Positions 26,785 through 38,700 of a DNA stretch of 64,000 bases are shown here, one piece after another. The notes beneath the pieces were generated by a model. The model made no database searches. It was not told the DNA's origin and saw only the letters and a program-made list of their open reading frames with translations. A program made the translations under genes and the position numbers. Location of the stretch: positions 992,001-1,056,000 of the forward strand of contig CM074811.1 in assembly GCA_037447605.1 (NCBI GenBank). Reading direction: 5' to 3'. Every line of letters starts with the position of its first letter. Position 1 is the first letter of the stretch. Source of the stretch: Zygnema circumcarinatum SAG 698-1b (Eukaryota; Plantae; Zygnematophyceae).

Positions 26785-27299
26785 TCCCTCGGCCAGGGAG
26801 CCACCTTCTGAAACAATCTCAATATGCACGAAGCAAAGAATGCGGCTACAGTACTCAATTCTTACTCAGAAAAAAAAAAGATTGTTGAATTACTATCGCA
26901 TAAGACTACTATCCATCAGTGGACTGCAATCGTATCTCTGCTTTTACTATTTTTAATTCTGAAATATGGACGCTTCAAGCAAGAGCTGTCTGTCAGCCTG
27001 CTGCAGGCAGGCAGCCACTGCGGCAGCGCCGCTGACTCTCAGAGAAGAACGCGGACAACCAAGTCAACCCAACCGTCCGTCGTACGAAGTAGCGTCAGAA
27101 CGTACTTTACTGTACATAATACGTACGATTCGTACGCTAGTTTATGTACGATCGACGGGAAGTGACGAAATATAAGTGAGAATGACGCCATCCTCAGTCA
27201 ATGTCCGTATGATTCCTTTAGTCGAACGCGCTTGGCCTCTGCGGCTTCGAGAAAAGGGAATTGCATTAAAACGGTGCCGTACGGTACTGTATGGGTCGC

Positions 27300-27530
27300 A
27301 GCCAACCGTTGGCGTTGGTAGCCAGCCATTGGTTACCAGCCATTGGCTGTCAGCCATTGGGTCAATTGTCATTGGCAAATGATGTCAACCATTGGTGTCC
27401 CACCAATGGCCATCGCCAAATGGTTCGAACCAAACTGGTCTCGAGCCCAGCCAACCATTGAAAATGGTTTGCACCACTAGTGTCCTACCCGGCCAACCAT
27501 TGCCAATGGTTTGAGCCATCAAGGTCGGAT
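27300..27530. repeat. Second AACCATT/AATGGTT half-palindrome array
   Basis: Repeated ccagccattgg, caaccattgg, ccaaccattgaaaatggtt, ccaaccattgccaatggtt. Confidence 0.75.
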
Positions 27531-27559
27531 CTAGGCACCCAGTGCAAATGGCTCGAACA

Positions 27560-27790
27560 ACAAAGGATGTGGCATCAATCTCACGATGGCGATGACGATG
27601 CTATCAAATGTACATGGACAAAATCAGCACGGGGAACCACGAGGAACTGGTTGCAAAGAACCTAGGACAAACGGAAAAAACTCGAAGCGGAAAGCTACGC
27701 CTAGGCTCAACAAGCCAGCCCTCCCTCGAAGCAGCCACAAAGGTCGCCGATGTGCGGCACATCGCGCTGAGGGAAGGAGGGAGAGAGGGA
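27560..27790 (+). repeat. Copy of the dispersed ~230-bp repeat family. Other copies: 13965-14086+, 28660-28760+, 28785-28845-, 28965-29125-, 29669-29746+, 49386-49462-, 49988-50180+
   Basis: Shared core ggcattga.ctcacgatggcg..gccatcaaatgt(a/g)catggacaaa...ca(t/c)ggggaaccacgaggaact..., with a distal ...ctaggctcaacaa in the longer copies. Confidence 0.85.
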
Positions 27791-29789
27791 GCGGCGGAAG
27801 GCCACCGACACGGCCACCAACAACCGCGGCTTCACGTTGAAGGAGCGGAGAAGCGAGGAAGAGGCTCACGCTGAAGGGCGGAAAATGGAAATGCGTTGTT
27901 GATAAAAAGTAGCGAGGATCGCCGGAGGAGGAGAGGAGGGGCCGTGCGCGCATCTCAAAGGAGCGATGGGCGCACGCGCGCAGGCACGCACGCACTGGCG
28001 GAGGAAATGGACTGACGGACGGACGGCTTCCAAACGGGCCTCCTCGAGGCGACCTCAAATTAACAGCAACAGCCGTAGGACCAAACTCGTCGGCCGCGTC
28101 ACGTCACGTCACGTCGCGTCACGTCACGTCGTGTCACGTCACGTCACGGTGGACATGTGCGCGCTGGCTCCTTGCAGAGGGAGGGAGGGAGGGAGCGCGC
28201 AGGCCCGCCCTCCCTCATGCTGCGCTGCAAGCGACAGTACAGTACATCGCGACATGTCGGATCGGCCTGCCAGCACAGGCGGGCCTCTGGCGCAACTCGC
28301 CGAAGCCCGAGGAGGGCCTCTGGGATTGCCAGGCTTTTCCTCCACGCCACGTGGCGCCTGCCTTGTGCCACACGCGTGCCAGGGCCGGAGATCGCTTGCA
28401 ACGTGGCGGGTGCGAAGGGCCTACTATACTGTACTGGCGCCGTACGGCGCGCTGGGCTGGCGGCGCGGCCGTACGGATGGTGGCGGCTGACCAGCCAGCG
28501 CGTGGGCGGGCGCCGGCTGCGATCCGTTCGTTCGCCCAAAAGTTCGCCCTACGCACTGGGCGGGCAGACGACCGCCCAGTCAGCGGCCGCCGCGCAGGCA
28601 GCAGTGGCGCCGTTGCAATCGAAGCAAAAGGGGCCAGCTGGAAGGAAACATAAAATTGGTATTTGTCTCACGGTGGCGATGCCAACAAACAACAGCAACA
28701 ACAACATGGGGAGCCACGAGGAACCAACCGCTCACAAAGGACCCAAAGACAAGAAATGAAAAATGCTAAATGCCTAATTGCCTTCGCGGTTGCTTCTAGG
28801 GCCGCCCGCGTTGTTTAGCTCAGAAGTAGATTTTTGCGAGCTTTAGTGAGCCTTCCTTCCCTCAATGCCACATCCCTTCCCTTCCCTTCCTCCCTCCGTC
28901 GACCGTACAGGTGCCCCTGACCCAATGACGAGGGATGGATATAGAACGCAAAAAGGGAAGAGAAAAACCTGGGCGTTGTTGAGCCTAGGCGTAGGTTTCC
29001 GCTCGTAGCTTTTTTCTTTTGTCCTTAGGTCCTTTGCGACGAATTCCTCGTGCCCAGGCTGACTTTGTCCATGCACATTTGATGGCATCATCATCGCCAT
29101 CGTGAGATCAATGCCATTTTCCCTCAAAAAAGGGAAGAGGAACTCTGAAGTCGCTTGTACGGACTTGTCCCTACAGTAGGGGGTCCTCGTATTTACCGCC
29201 TAGGGAGTGCGTCCTCAAGAAATTCTCCCCTATTTTGCCGAAACCACCTTTTTGTACGGTAACTTGGTGTTAGCCGTACTATTCGTACTATTTTTACTGT
29301 CCGTACTAGCTGTACTAGCCGTTACTGGCTCACGCAAAACTCACCTAATCTCCCCGCACGAGCCGCCGTAAGAGGCGCTCGCAGTTCTCCCCTTCTTCTT
29401 GGCTTCAATACGATACAATACGATACGATACGACACGGTACAATACGAAACGCCCCGATACGGTACTATCCGTACTAGCCGTATGAGCTGTAGTAGCCGA
29501 TACAGTACGATAAGGTACAATATGATACGGTACGATACGTACGGTCCAACATGAACTCTAACATAATACCGCCCTTCTATTGGTAACACGAACCTTATTT
29601 ATGCAAAATCAATATTTTCGCCTCATATTGGCCAAAACCAGGGTGGAAAATATGAGGACTAGGGATGGGGAACTTTCATTGAACTCGCGATGGCGAGGCC
29701 ATCAAATGTACATGGACAAAGGCAAAATGTGGAACCACGAAGGACTGGACTAGGGATGGATTAGTTACGATTATATATTATATATTATA

Positions 29790-30827
29790 GGAAAATGATA
29801 CAGCGGCCCCACTTTTTGAATATCGGCGCCCCCTTTTGGGAAAAATTGTACTTTTTTTTTTGGCTAATCACCCCCCTTGGATCTTTCGGGAGGAGAGATC
29901 TTGTAGACAATCGGACCCCGCGCCTCGCGCGCAGGATCCGACCGTGCACCGACGTACGGCGCCGCGCATCGCGGCGTGGCCCGCGAGATGCGGCGAGCCT
30001 ACGGAAAAGTTGTCCTCACCTAACCCGTTTGGGTCAGAGGTTGCCACGTGGCAGTCTGCCATTGGACAGCCCTACTGCCGGTCCCCCATGCCGATGCAGT
30101 GGACCCCCATAATATTTTCCACCTTGTACAGTGCGTCCCCAAGAAATTCGCCCCGATTTTGCCGAAACCACCTTTTTGTACGGTAACTCAATGTTAACGT
30201 ATTAGGGGTGTTAACCTAACCTGACCTATTCTCCAATACAAAATCTGTTAATAGAAACGGATTTCAAACATGGGTCACGCTTTTATGCTGTACGGTAAGT
30301 ACGAATATAATCTCTAAGTCATACGGTATACGTACGGCACCAATAGGAGCTCGTGTATCTAAATCAAGGTACGATACGATACGATACGTACGAACAGACA
30401 TGAACTCTAACATAATACCGCTCGCCTATTGGTAACACGGACCTTATATTTGCAAATTACAATATTTCCGCCCAGTATTTGCCGAAACCATGGCGAAAAT
30501 ATTATGGGGGTCCACTGTATCGGCATGGGGGACAGGCAGCAGGGCTGTCCAATGGCAGACTGCCACGTGGCAACCTCTGACCCAAAAGGGTCAGGTGAGG
30601 ACAACGTTTCCGTAGGCTCGCCGCATCTCGCGGGCCACGCCGCGATGCGCGGCGCCGTACGTCGGTGCACGGTCGGATCCTGCGCGCGAGGCGCGGGGAC
30701 CGATTGTCGACAAGATCTCTCCTCCCGAAAGATCCAAGGGGGGGGATGATTAGCCAAAAAAAAAAGTACAATTTTTCCCAAAAGGGGGCGCCGATATCCA
30801 AAGAGTGGGGCCGCTGTATCATTTTCC
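29790..30827. mobile_element. Foldback element (~305-bp arms), GG...CC ends, 8-bp TSD ATATTATA
   Basis: ggaaaatgatacagcggcccc ... ggggccgctgtatcattttcc. atattata lies at 29782-29789 and 30828-30835. The arms meet at a central TA occupied by a later insertion. Confidence 0.92.
30097..30517. mobile_element. Tc1/mariner (pogo-like) MITE, 421 bp, 23-bp perfect TIR CAGTGGACCCCCATAATATTTTC
   Basis: Flanked by TG (mutated TA) and TA. Internal segments 30131-30195 and 30365-30500 are homologous to 29211-29275 and 29525-29655 of the outer MITE. Confidence 0.87.
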
Positions 30828-31012
30828 ATATTATATTATACAACTGTGACGAATAGATAACGGCTGATATATATTAATTTACAACGCCTTTACAACATGT
30901 ACGGTCGTACGGTCGTACGACTGTACGGTATTATGCGGCCCGAGCACGAGCAGACAGAAAACCAGACGAACGTATTTCGCAACGCCAACGCCAAAACGAC
31001 CTAATTTTGGTA

Positions 31013-32062
31013 GGGTAACTCTACTGCACCCCCGCGTTTTGTCTTTCGCACCCCCCTTTTGAAAATTTTGCCTGCCCGTTTTGGTACCCCCCAGTTTTGA
31101 ATATTTCGGGAAAAAATCTTTTTCCCGCCCCTTCCCCCCTCCGCCCCTCCCCTCCTTATTTGATGGCCTCACCATATTGAGACTAATGCAAATCCCCTTT
31201 TCTTTTGTCGCACATTGTTGGAAGTCAATAGTGAAAAGGAGAAAACGAGGGGGGTGGAATGTCCAGAAAAAGACGAGGGGAGGGAGGGAGGGAGGGGAGG
31301 GAAGGGAGGGGAGGGAGGGAGGGAGGGGAGGGGAGGGGAGGGGGAGGGAGGGAGGGGAGGGAGGGGAGGGGAGGGGAGGGGGAGGGGGAGGGAGGGAGGG
31401 AGGGGAGGGCTGGGGAGGGGAGGAGGGGAGGGGAGGGGAGCGGGCGGGAGGGGAGGGCCGGGGAGGACATGGCAGGGGAGGGGAGCGGAGGGGAAGGGAA
31501 GGGAGGGGAGGGGAGGGGAGGGGAGGGGAGGGGGAGGGCCGAGGAGGGGAGGGGAGGGAAGGGAGGGGAGGGAGGGAGGGGAGGGAGGGGAGGGAGGGAG
31601 GGAGGGGAGGGAGGGAGGGGAGGGGAGGGAGGGGAGGGGAGGGAGGGGAGGGAGGGGAGGAGGGAGGGAGGGGAGGGAGGGGAGGGAGGGGAGGAGGGCC
31701 GGGGAGGGGAGGAGGGAGGAGGGAGGAGGGAGGGGAGGAGGGAGGGAGGGAGGGAGGGGAGGGGAGGGGAGGGAGGGGAGGGGAGGGAGGGAGGGGGAGG
31801 GGGAGGGGAGGGGAGGGGAGGGGAGCGGGCGGGAGGGGAGGGCCGGGGAGGACATGGCAGGGGAGGGGAGCGGAGGGGAAGGGAAGGGAGGGGAGGGGAG
31901 GGGAGGAGAGGGCAGGGGAGGGGGTGTAGCGGAGGTTTACGGGAGGGGCGGGAAAAAGATTTTTCCCGAAATATTCAAAACTGGGGGGTACCAAAACGGG
32001 CAGGCAAAATTTTCAAATGGGGGGTGCGAAAGACAAAACGCGGGGGTGCAGTAGAGTTACCC
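31013..32062. mobile_element. Non-autonomous element, 1050 bp, ~120-bp near-perfect TIRs (GGGTAACTCTACTGCACCCCC...), 8-bp TSD TTTTGGTA, with an internal ~650-bp G/A-rich tract
   Basis: 31013-31131 is the reverse complement of 31944-32062 except for one substitution and one indel. ttttggta lies at 31005-31012 and 32063-32070. Confidence 0.95.
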
Positions 32063-32388
32063 TTTTGGTATGATACGACCGTACGGTCGTACGGTCGTAC
32101 GGTCGTTAATTGTTCAAAACGAGTGGGTATAATATATGCAATAAAGTGTTTTACTTCGTAATATATTACTAATGTTAAACCCGTTGTAAATTATATAATA
32201 TATTCGGAATTTATAACGCGGGCCATCCCTAATGAGGACCCCCTACTGTACCAGTGACCCGCCCTCGCAACCACGTAGGATTCACTGTACGGCCAACAGC
32301 AAACGGTAGAAATGCAACAGTCGAGCCAGTTCGCAGTTCTGTTACAGTTCTTGCTGTGGCTCCAGTCCTTGTTGCCTTTTTGCGCATT

Positions 32389-32590
32389 AGGGGGATTCAG
32401 ACCTTGACCATCGCCAAATCAATTTCGTAAGCCTGTCGGGCGAATTAAGCATTGGCTAGGTACGTATTTCGGTACGGCTGGGCTCGGTGGAGCCGCGGAT
32501 CCCGATCCGGAATTCGTACACGAAAGAAGTGACTTTTAGTAAGAGGAATTCGGGAATTTCGTAAGCGATGGTCAAGGTGTGACTCCCCCT
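32389..32590. mobile_element. Second, shorter copy (202 bp) of the AGGGGG-TIR MITE family
   Basis: agggggattcagaccttgaccatcgcc ... gcgatggtcaaggtgtgactccccct, with flanks ATT/CTT (degenerate TSD). Internal sequence next to the left TIR matches 7530-7565. Confidence 0.8.
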
Positions 32591-32719
32591 CTTCTCGACA
32601 TTTCTCCTTCTCGACATTTGTCCTTCCGAGAGCTTGTGCAGGAGGGCAGGAGAAGGGCAGGAGGGGGGGGTCCGATAGTGTGATGCTCGCTAGCAAGGGC
32701 TGAGGGAAGGGCAAGGGGA

Positions 32720-35700
32720 ATGGATTTGGACGCCATGGCGAGGGAGGACGGGCCGCCTGTGGCTCGGCTTCAGCTAGTGCAGCCGCAGTCAGGCTTTGTT
32801 TGCGGCTCTCTTCCAGTGCCTCTTGACACGGGAAGTTTTCAAGACCTTGTGCGCAACAGCGAGTCTCCAATGATTGTCGTCCGCGACAGGTGCGTAGAAA
32901 TGCCGTCTGCAGAAGATTTGTGCTTTTATTTGGTGAAGATTCTTGCTCACAGAGTTGCTATAACTCTTTTGCTCCAAGGAGTTTTCTTGGTTTTCTTATG
33001 GCAAACATGCCCATTCCCTTGCAGTAATTTGTGGTTAATTTGGAGATTTTCCAGTGGCTCGATTTTCTTGCTGTAAAACATTCGGAGTGCAGATTGATAG
33101 CTTACGCTTTACTCTTTCAAATATTGGTCGGAGTTCACCGGGTGAAGATGCTGCTCCTTTGGTCCGAGTGGTAAATTCCTTTCATAATTTACGCTTTTTC
33201 TAGCCCTCCTTTTGGTCTATGTGACTTCAGGCCAAGCATTCCACGCTACAAGTTTTTGCCGGCTGAGACCGACCTCAATAATCCGCCTACAAATTGGCTT
33301 CAATTCGAAGGGCTTTTGCCGTCTCATCCGTCTGCCCATACTGATGGTATGCTCACATTGTTGAAAGTTTATCAATATCTTGCGTTGAAGGGGTGGTTGC
33401 TGCTTTGAAGCCCTCAAACTTTGCAGGAGTCGATACACGATTACAAGGAGCAAGCTCCGCATGTCTTGTTTGTCCTGCTTTGCAATTTATCGAAAATGTC
33501 ATCGTCAACAGTGAAACCTGTCTTTATCTACTGTCACTCTGAACATGCTGGAGCATCAGTGCAGTGAGGGGTTTCAATCGTTTCTGACATAGGCACGAGA
33601 GCAAAGTTGGGACCAGATATCTCAAACACGTTGTGTCATACAAGTGAATGAGAATTGTACAATTTATTTGTTGCTGTTCAGATCTGCCAGGCAGCCAGCC
33701 AGTGGCTTGGGGAGGTGCATATTTGAGTCACCCCATAGCTAAGAAGGGGGAGGCATTGGCCGTCACTGGTCTTGCTGGTTATGGAGACGAGGTTGATGTA
33801 ATTGCTCCAGCCGACATCCTGAAGCAAATTTTCAAGACGCCGTACAGCAAAGCTCGTCTGTCTGTGGCAGTCCATCGGGTTGGACGCACTCTTATTCTCA
33901 ACAGCGGGTGAGCGGAATAGCTCGTGGTTCCTATGTTCAGCAGCAGCCTGGATGTGTGTGTGACGTAAACTGATGACAATTTGACGATGAATGTACTTAA
34001 GTAGGCTCGTTTTGAACCTGCACAACTTCGACCTGTTTAGCGTCAGGCTTAACACATCCCAATGACTGTCACGGTGACGTGCAAAATAGCTCATTTCGTA
34101 GAATTCTGGTTTGCTGAAACATTACATCAAATTTGCGTTGAACTATCGCGATGTGTATGCAGGCTTGATACAGACCTGGAGAAGGTCAGGGCGAAGCAGA
34201 GAAATCGTAAGCAGATGCCAAGGTCGCTCTTTTCCAAGTTCATTCACTACTCGGTGCAGGATGCTTGCGGTGCTTCTTCATCAACTGAGGAAGCGACGCA
34301 AAGTGAGTCTTCGGAAGGAGTGCCATCATGCTTTGGAATGCCCGATGATGAAGGGCAAGAGGCTTTGGATCAGTCAGAGGTGCCATCAGTCCTTGTGGAT
34401 CATGGCCCCCATATAGTACAAGGCTTTGATGATGAGCAAACAGGCGCAAGGGAGTCTCAAGAAGACGAATCTGTGAGAAGTTACGTTCCGGGGGTGGACT
34501 GTAGAGGAAGCAGAAGTCTGAGACAAAGACTTTACAGTGGCGGGGGGGGACGGAAAGGTAGGGCAAAAGGAAGACGGCAGCGAGACCAGATGATGGGAGC
34601 TGAAGATAGGTCAGATGGGAAAGAAGCTCTGGGCAATGATGCAGAGGATGATGTGCAGCAGGACCCATGTGTGGATGGGGAGGCAGAGAGGCCACGTTCA
34701 TCTCCCGAGGGGTTTTTGCGGGTGCTCTTTTGGCAGTTTCAACACATACGCATGTTGTTGGGGAGTGATTTGCTGCTGTTCAGCAACAAGGAGCACGCGG
34801 CAGTGAGCTTAAGGCTGGTGGAATTGGAAAGGCAGGTCAGTCTTTTGATATTTTTTTTTTTTTTCAGTTTGATGTGCTTGTTTCTATTCTTGAGATGGTC
34901 TCTGGTGAGACATTAGCGAGAAGCGTGCAATTGAATAGTGATTGGACGTTTTTTTTTTGGAGGATTTGCTTGTATGAGTTTCGAAGCAGAGATCCTTGCG
35001 AAAAGCACCAACTCAGTGTTTTCCGACATTTAGTGAATTGATACTGAGCTTGTCGTAGTCTGATTTCTTACGCTTCTCTTTCTTTTTCCTTTGTTATCCT
35101 GCAGACAAGTCCCCTTCACTGGCTAGATGCATGGCTTGATAATGTCATGGCTAGTGTTCCGGAGCTTGCTATCTGCTATCACCGGAACGGCATTGTGCAG
35201 GGCTATGAACTCCTCAAAACTGATGATATAATTCTGCTGAAAGGCTTGTCGGGAGATGGAAATGCCTATTTTCACCCACATGTGGTCCAGAAAAATGCGT
35301 CATCAGTGCTACAGTTCCTGCAGAAGAACTGCATTAGAGATCCGGGAACATACTGGGTGAGCTTTGAGGACTCCGCATATTGAAAGTTAAAGCAGAGGAA
35401 AGCAATGAAACATGCTGTCTTTAGGGCAATGTAAACAACTTTGTACTGCTCTTTAACAACGTCTTGTGATGAGTTGTGATTGCACAACGTGACTGTCTGT
35501 AAATTTCGCGCACTATTTTACATCTTATTTTGACGTAGATCATGGAATTCTGGAATCTGTACAGAGGGCTGTTGATTCTCGGAGCAGACTTTAACGACCC
35601 GAAAGTCAGCAAGCAATGATGATATGCTATAGCTTTGACTTAAGCATGACCGGGCATCTGACGAGTGCTTGTCTTGAAGCTAACGTATGACAGGGAATCT

Positions 35701-38700
35701 GTTTGGGCAGCTGCGCAAGAATACAGGGGAGGATTTGATGCAGCTGTTTGACCTTACACCTGATGCGAGAGGAGAGGAAGCAACAGCAGACGAGTTACCA
35801 GGCATAAGCAGGAGCAGGAAGACACGCTATTCTCTGCCATTGGCTATGCTGCTCTACCGCCTTGCCAATCGGCTGTCTCATTCCCAGGTAAGAGTGAAAA
35901 GAATAGGCTGTTTCTCTTACCTTCTATGGCTGTTTGTTTCCTTATCGACTAGTGTGACGCAGGTTGGTTCATCAGCCGTGGTCTGCGGGCAATTGCATCA
36001 TTTCCTTCTATATAGATGCATGTTTTCCTTCTTCCCAATTGTCTTCTGCTAATTTTCCCTCACACCCTTTACTGCAAACGATGCAGTATGCAAGTGATCG
36101 ACGTCGTTGTGCACAACTTTTTGCCACATGCTTGGACCTGTTGGATGAACAGCACCACCCTGTGAGTGTTACTGCATGCCACATCTAAGCTTTGGTGCTA
36201 AGTATGGCTTATTGTGGAGACGCACAGTATCAGCAGCTAGTTTCTCGTGCATCTTGCATTTAAACTTGTGTTTACGTTTGTATTTCCACCGTAGTTTTCC
36301 CATTGGTTTGAGGAACGTTAGAAGGCTAATGTTTCTTTGTCCTTGCAGGGGGTGAGGGCTAATGCCCACGAACAGGTAGCTCGTGCATTTCTTGAGCACT
36401 GTTGTGCCTTGGGCCCGCATAAGACCCTTCTCCTGGAAGGGAGCAGAAGCAGCTTCTCTCTCCCTCCTTCCGGAGCAGATTCTGTGAAGATTCAAGAAAT
36501 AGGAGATGTAGAAACCACGTCTATTCCTGTTCAGGTCCTAAGTGAAGAGGAGGTTCAGGTCTCTGTACAAAATCTACAAACTATATCGGAGGATGCGGCA
36601 GACATACCAGGTTTCGATATGGCTGATGGTGGAGTTTCTGCCATATATTCCCTAGCAGGCATACAGGACGAAAGAAAATCTTTACCGCCGGTGGAAGGAA
36701 GTGCGGGGATTGAAGAATCCATGAATGTGAAGGAAGCTGAAACACTTAGAGGGGGTGCGGAGGGGGCATACTGGTTGAGTTCAGAAGGTAGGGCAACTAG
36801 TGTTGCCTCGTCTTATCTCGTGGAAGAAAGGGAATTAGAAGAGTCTGGCCCTGTTGTGATAGCAGGTGGTGAGACTGGTGAAGTCCTGCCAAACGCACTT
36901 GATAGTCAGCATTCACATGGGAGGAGTGATCTGATTGGAGCAGAATCAGACAATACGGGAGAAGCAACTCCCGGGAATCTTTCCGCAGCTATGCGAAAGA
37001 GCTTAATTTTGGCTGAATCTGGAAGTCAGATACAGCGGCCCAACATATCCCCATTTCCTGCTCCGGAAGATGCTGTATCAGCTCGTCTTCGTGCAGTCCA
37101 CCATGCATCACAAGCAATTCGATCTTTGAGATGGCAGCGGCATCTTTTTGAAAGCTCTGGAGACTTTCTGAGATCAGAGGGTCTCCTTTCTGACGATCCT
37201 GAATCACTCGCCCTCTGCATTTGCGGAGAAACAAATTGTTTGCAAGCAGATGAGTTTCAGCAAAAGCCTGAAGGGAAAGTAAGGGAGCTTATTGCCCTCC
37301 TTGGAGACTCTTATGTTGCCCTAGGAGAGGCTTACAAGGCTGACGGACAACTTGGAAGGGCACTAAGAGCTGCAGAGTTAGCATGCCTTATTCTCGGCCC
37401 TGTATGGGGCCGTACGGCAGTCCTTGGCAAGAAAGCTGAATCTGCTTCGGTGTCTTGTTCGACTGCATCTGTTAGCATTGTAGGTAGCAAGGATGGGTCA
37501 AAAAGCAAGCCAAGCATGAAATTTAGAGCAAATGAGGTAGAAGATAGAAGTTTGCCGAGAGATGGTGGGGAGGGTTCTGGCGGAGTGGGGTTTAGACGAG
37601 CTGAAGCTGACACGTGTGGAAATGTGAACGAGGGAATTGGGGGTTCAGAAAGCAGTGCGATTGAGAATCGATTTTGGGGAAGACTTTGGTGCTTTGTAGG
37701 GGACATTTACGTGGATTTTCAAAAGCAGCTGGTAGAGGGAGACATTCCGCTTCACCAGGAAGCTACCCGTTGCAAGGAACTTAGAATCTCAGATGATGTT
37801 GTGAAGGAAGTTCGCAGGCTGAAAAAAAAGAGTAGGCAGCCACTTGACAGCTGCAGCAGCTGCAGTTCTGTGAGCTGCACTTGTTTAAGTGATCGGGCCA
37901 ACAGTGGGACGTCGGCAAGCAGCAGTAATGAGGGAGGTACACCTTCTTCAACCTCTGCTGTAGGGGATGGCAGTTTGAGAAGGAAAAGAGCCGGTCAAGG
38001 GACAGCAGGGAAAAAGGATGCTGAGGTGCATTCATCGAGACACAGTTTAGGGAAGAGTGGTGCCAAAGGGGAAGCTTCAGGCAGCCACAGTAGAAAAAAT
38101 TCGAATGCTTTCAGTAATGCAGAAAGGGCTCGTAAAGAAAGGAGTAATAGAGAGGAAATGACAGTCTCGACTGGGATTGCTGTTGGAGCTGTCAGCAGCG
38201 TAGATGGGGACTTAGTTCGGAGTCTTGATAGTAAGGAAGGCAGCAGGAAAGCAGATTGGGTGAGTGGAGAGGAGGAGAAGAATGGAACTGCAGGTATGAA
38301 AGTTTTTCCTACTGATGGAGCAGATCGTACCTGCTCTCCTAAGGATTCTGTAGGAAAACTCAGCAAAGTGAAACCCGAACCGGAGATACATTCAGCTTCT
38401 CCTCACCCTGTTGCCCCTAAGAGCAGTCCTGAGCCTTGTGTAGATACGAGTCTCTTTTGCTTTGGCCGTCCTATGACAGTCGACTGGGAGATGAATCTGA
38501 CTGCAGCAGCTGAGTACTATGCTGCAGCTGCTGCGGCATTTGCTGAAGTGGTGGGATGCACTGAGGAACGAGAGGACGCTCTGCGGAAGAGGGGATGGGT
38601 CTATAATGAACTTGGGAGAAGGAGGTTAGCAAACAAGTCAGTAAGACATGCAGAAGACGCGTTTCAGAGAGCCATATTAGCATTTCGTGAGGTGAAAGAT

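Larger units (their letters stand above)
29660..32231. mobile_element. hAT-type non-autonomous element (TIR TAGGGATGG, 8-bp TSD ATGAGGAC), ~380 bp net
   Basis: atgaggac at 29652-29659 and 32232-32239 flanks TAGGGATGG...CCATCCCTA, which resembles the maize Ac/Ds TIR TAGGGATGAAA. Subterminal gtacggtc repeats at ~30900 and ~32080. Confidence 0.88.
29174..32248. mobile_element. Tc1/mariner (pogo-like) MITE, ~500 bp net, TA TSD, outermost layer of a transposon nest
   Basis: TA|cagtagggggtcctc ... gaggaccccctactg|TA. The right TIR is split by the hAT insertion; once rejoined it matches the left TIR at 24/27 positions. Confidence 0.88.

Noticed and set aside
27560-29130. Two inverted copies of the dispersed repeat as TIRs of one 1.6-kb element
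   Set aside because: No TSD at the outer ends, and the same repeat occurs singly and in divergent orientation elsewhere (49386/49988).
30879-32161. Long ORFs (228-371 aa) rich in P/S/L or G/R/E
   Set aside because: Artefacts of the G/A homopurine tract inside a TIR element; stop codons cannot occur in G/A-only sequence.
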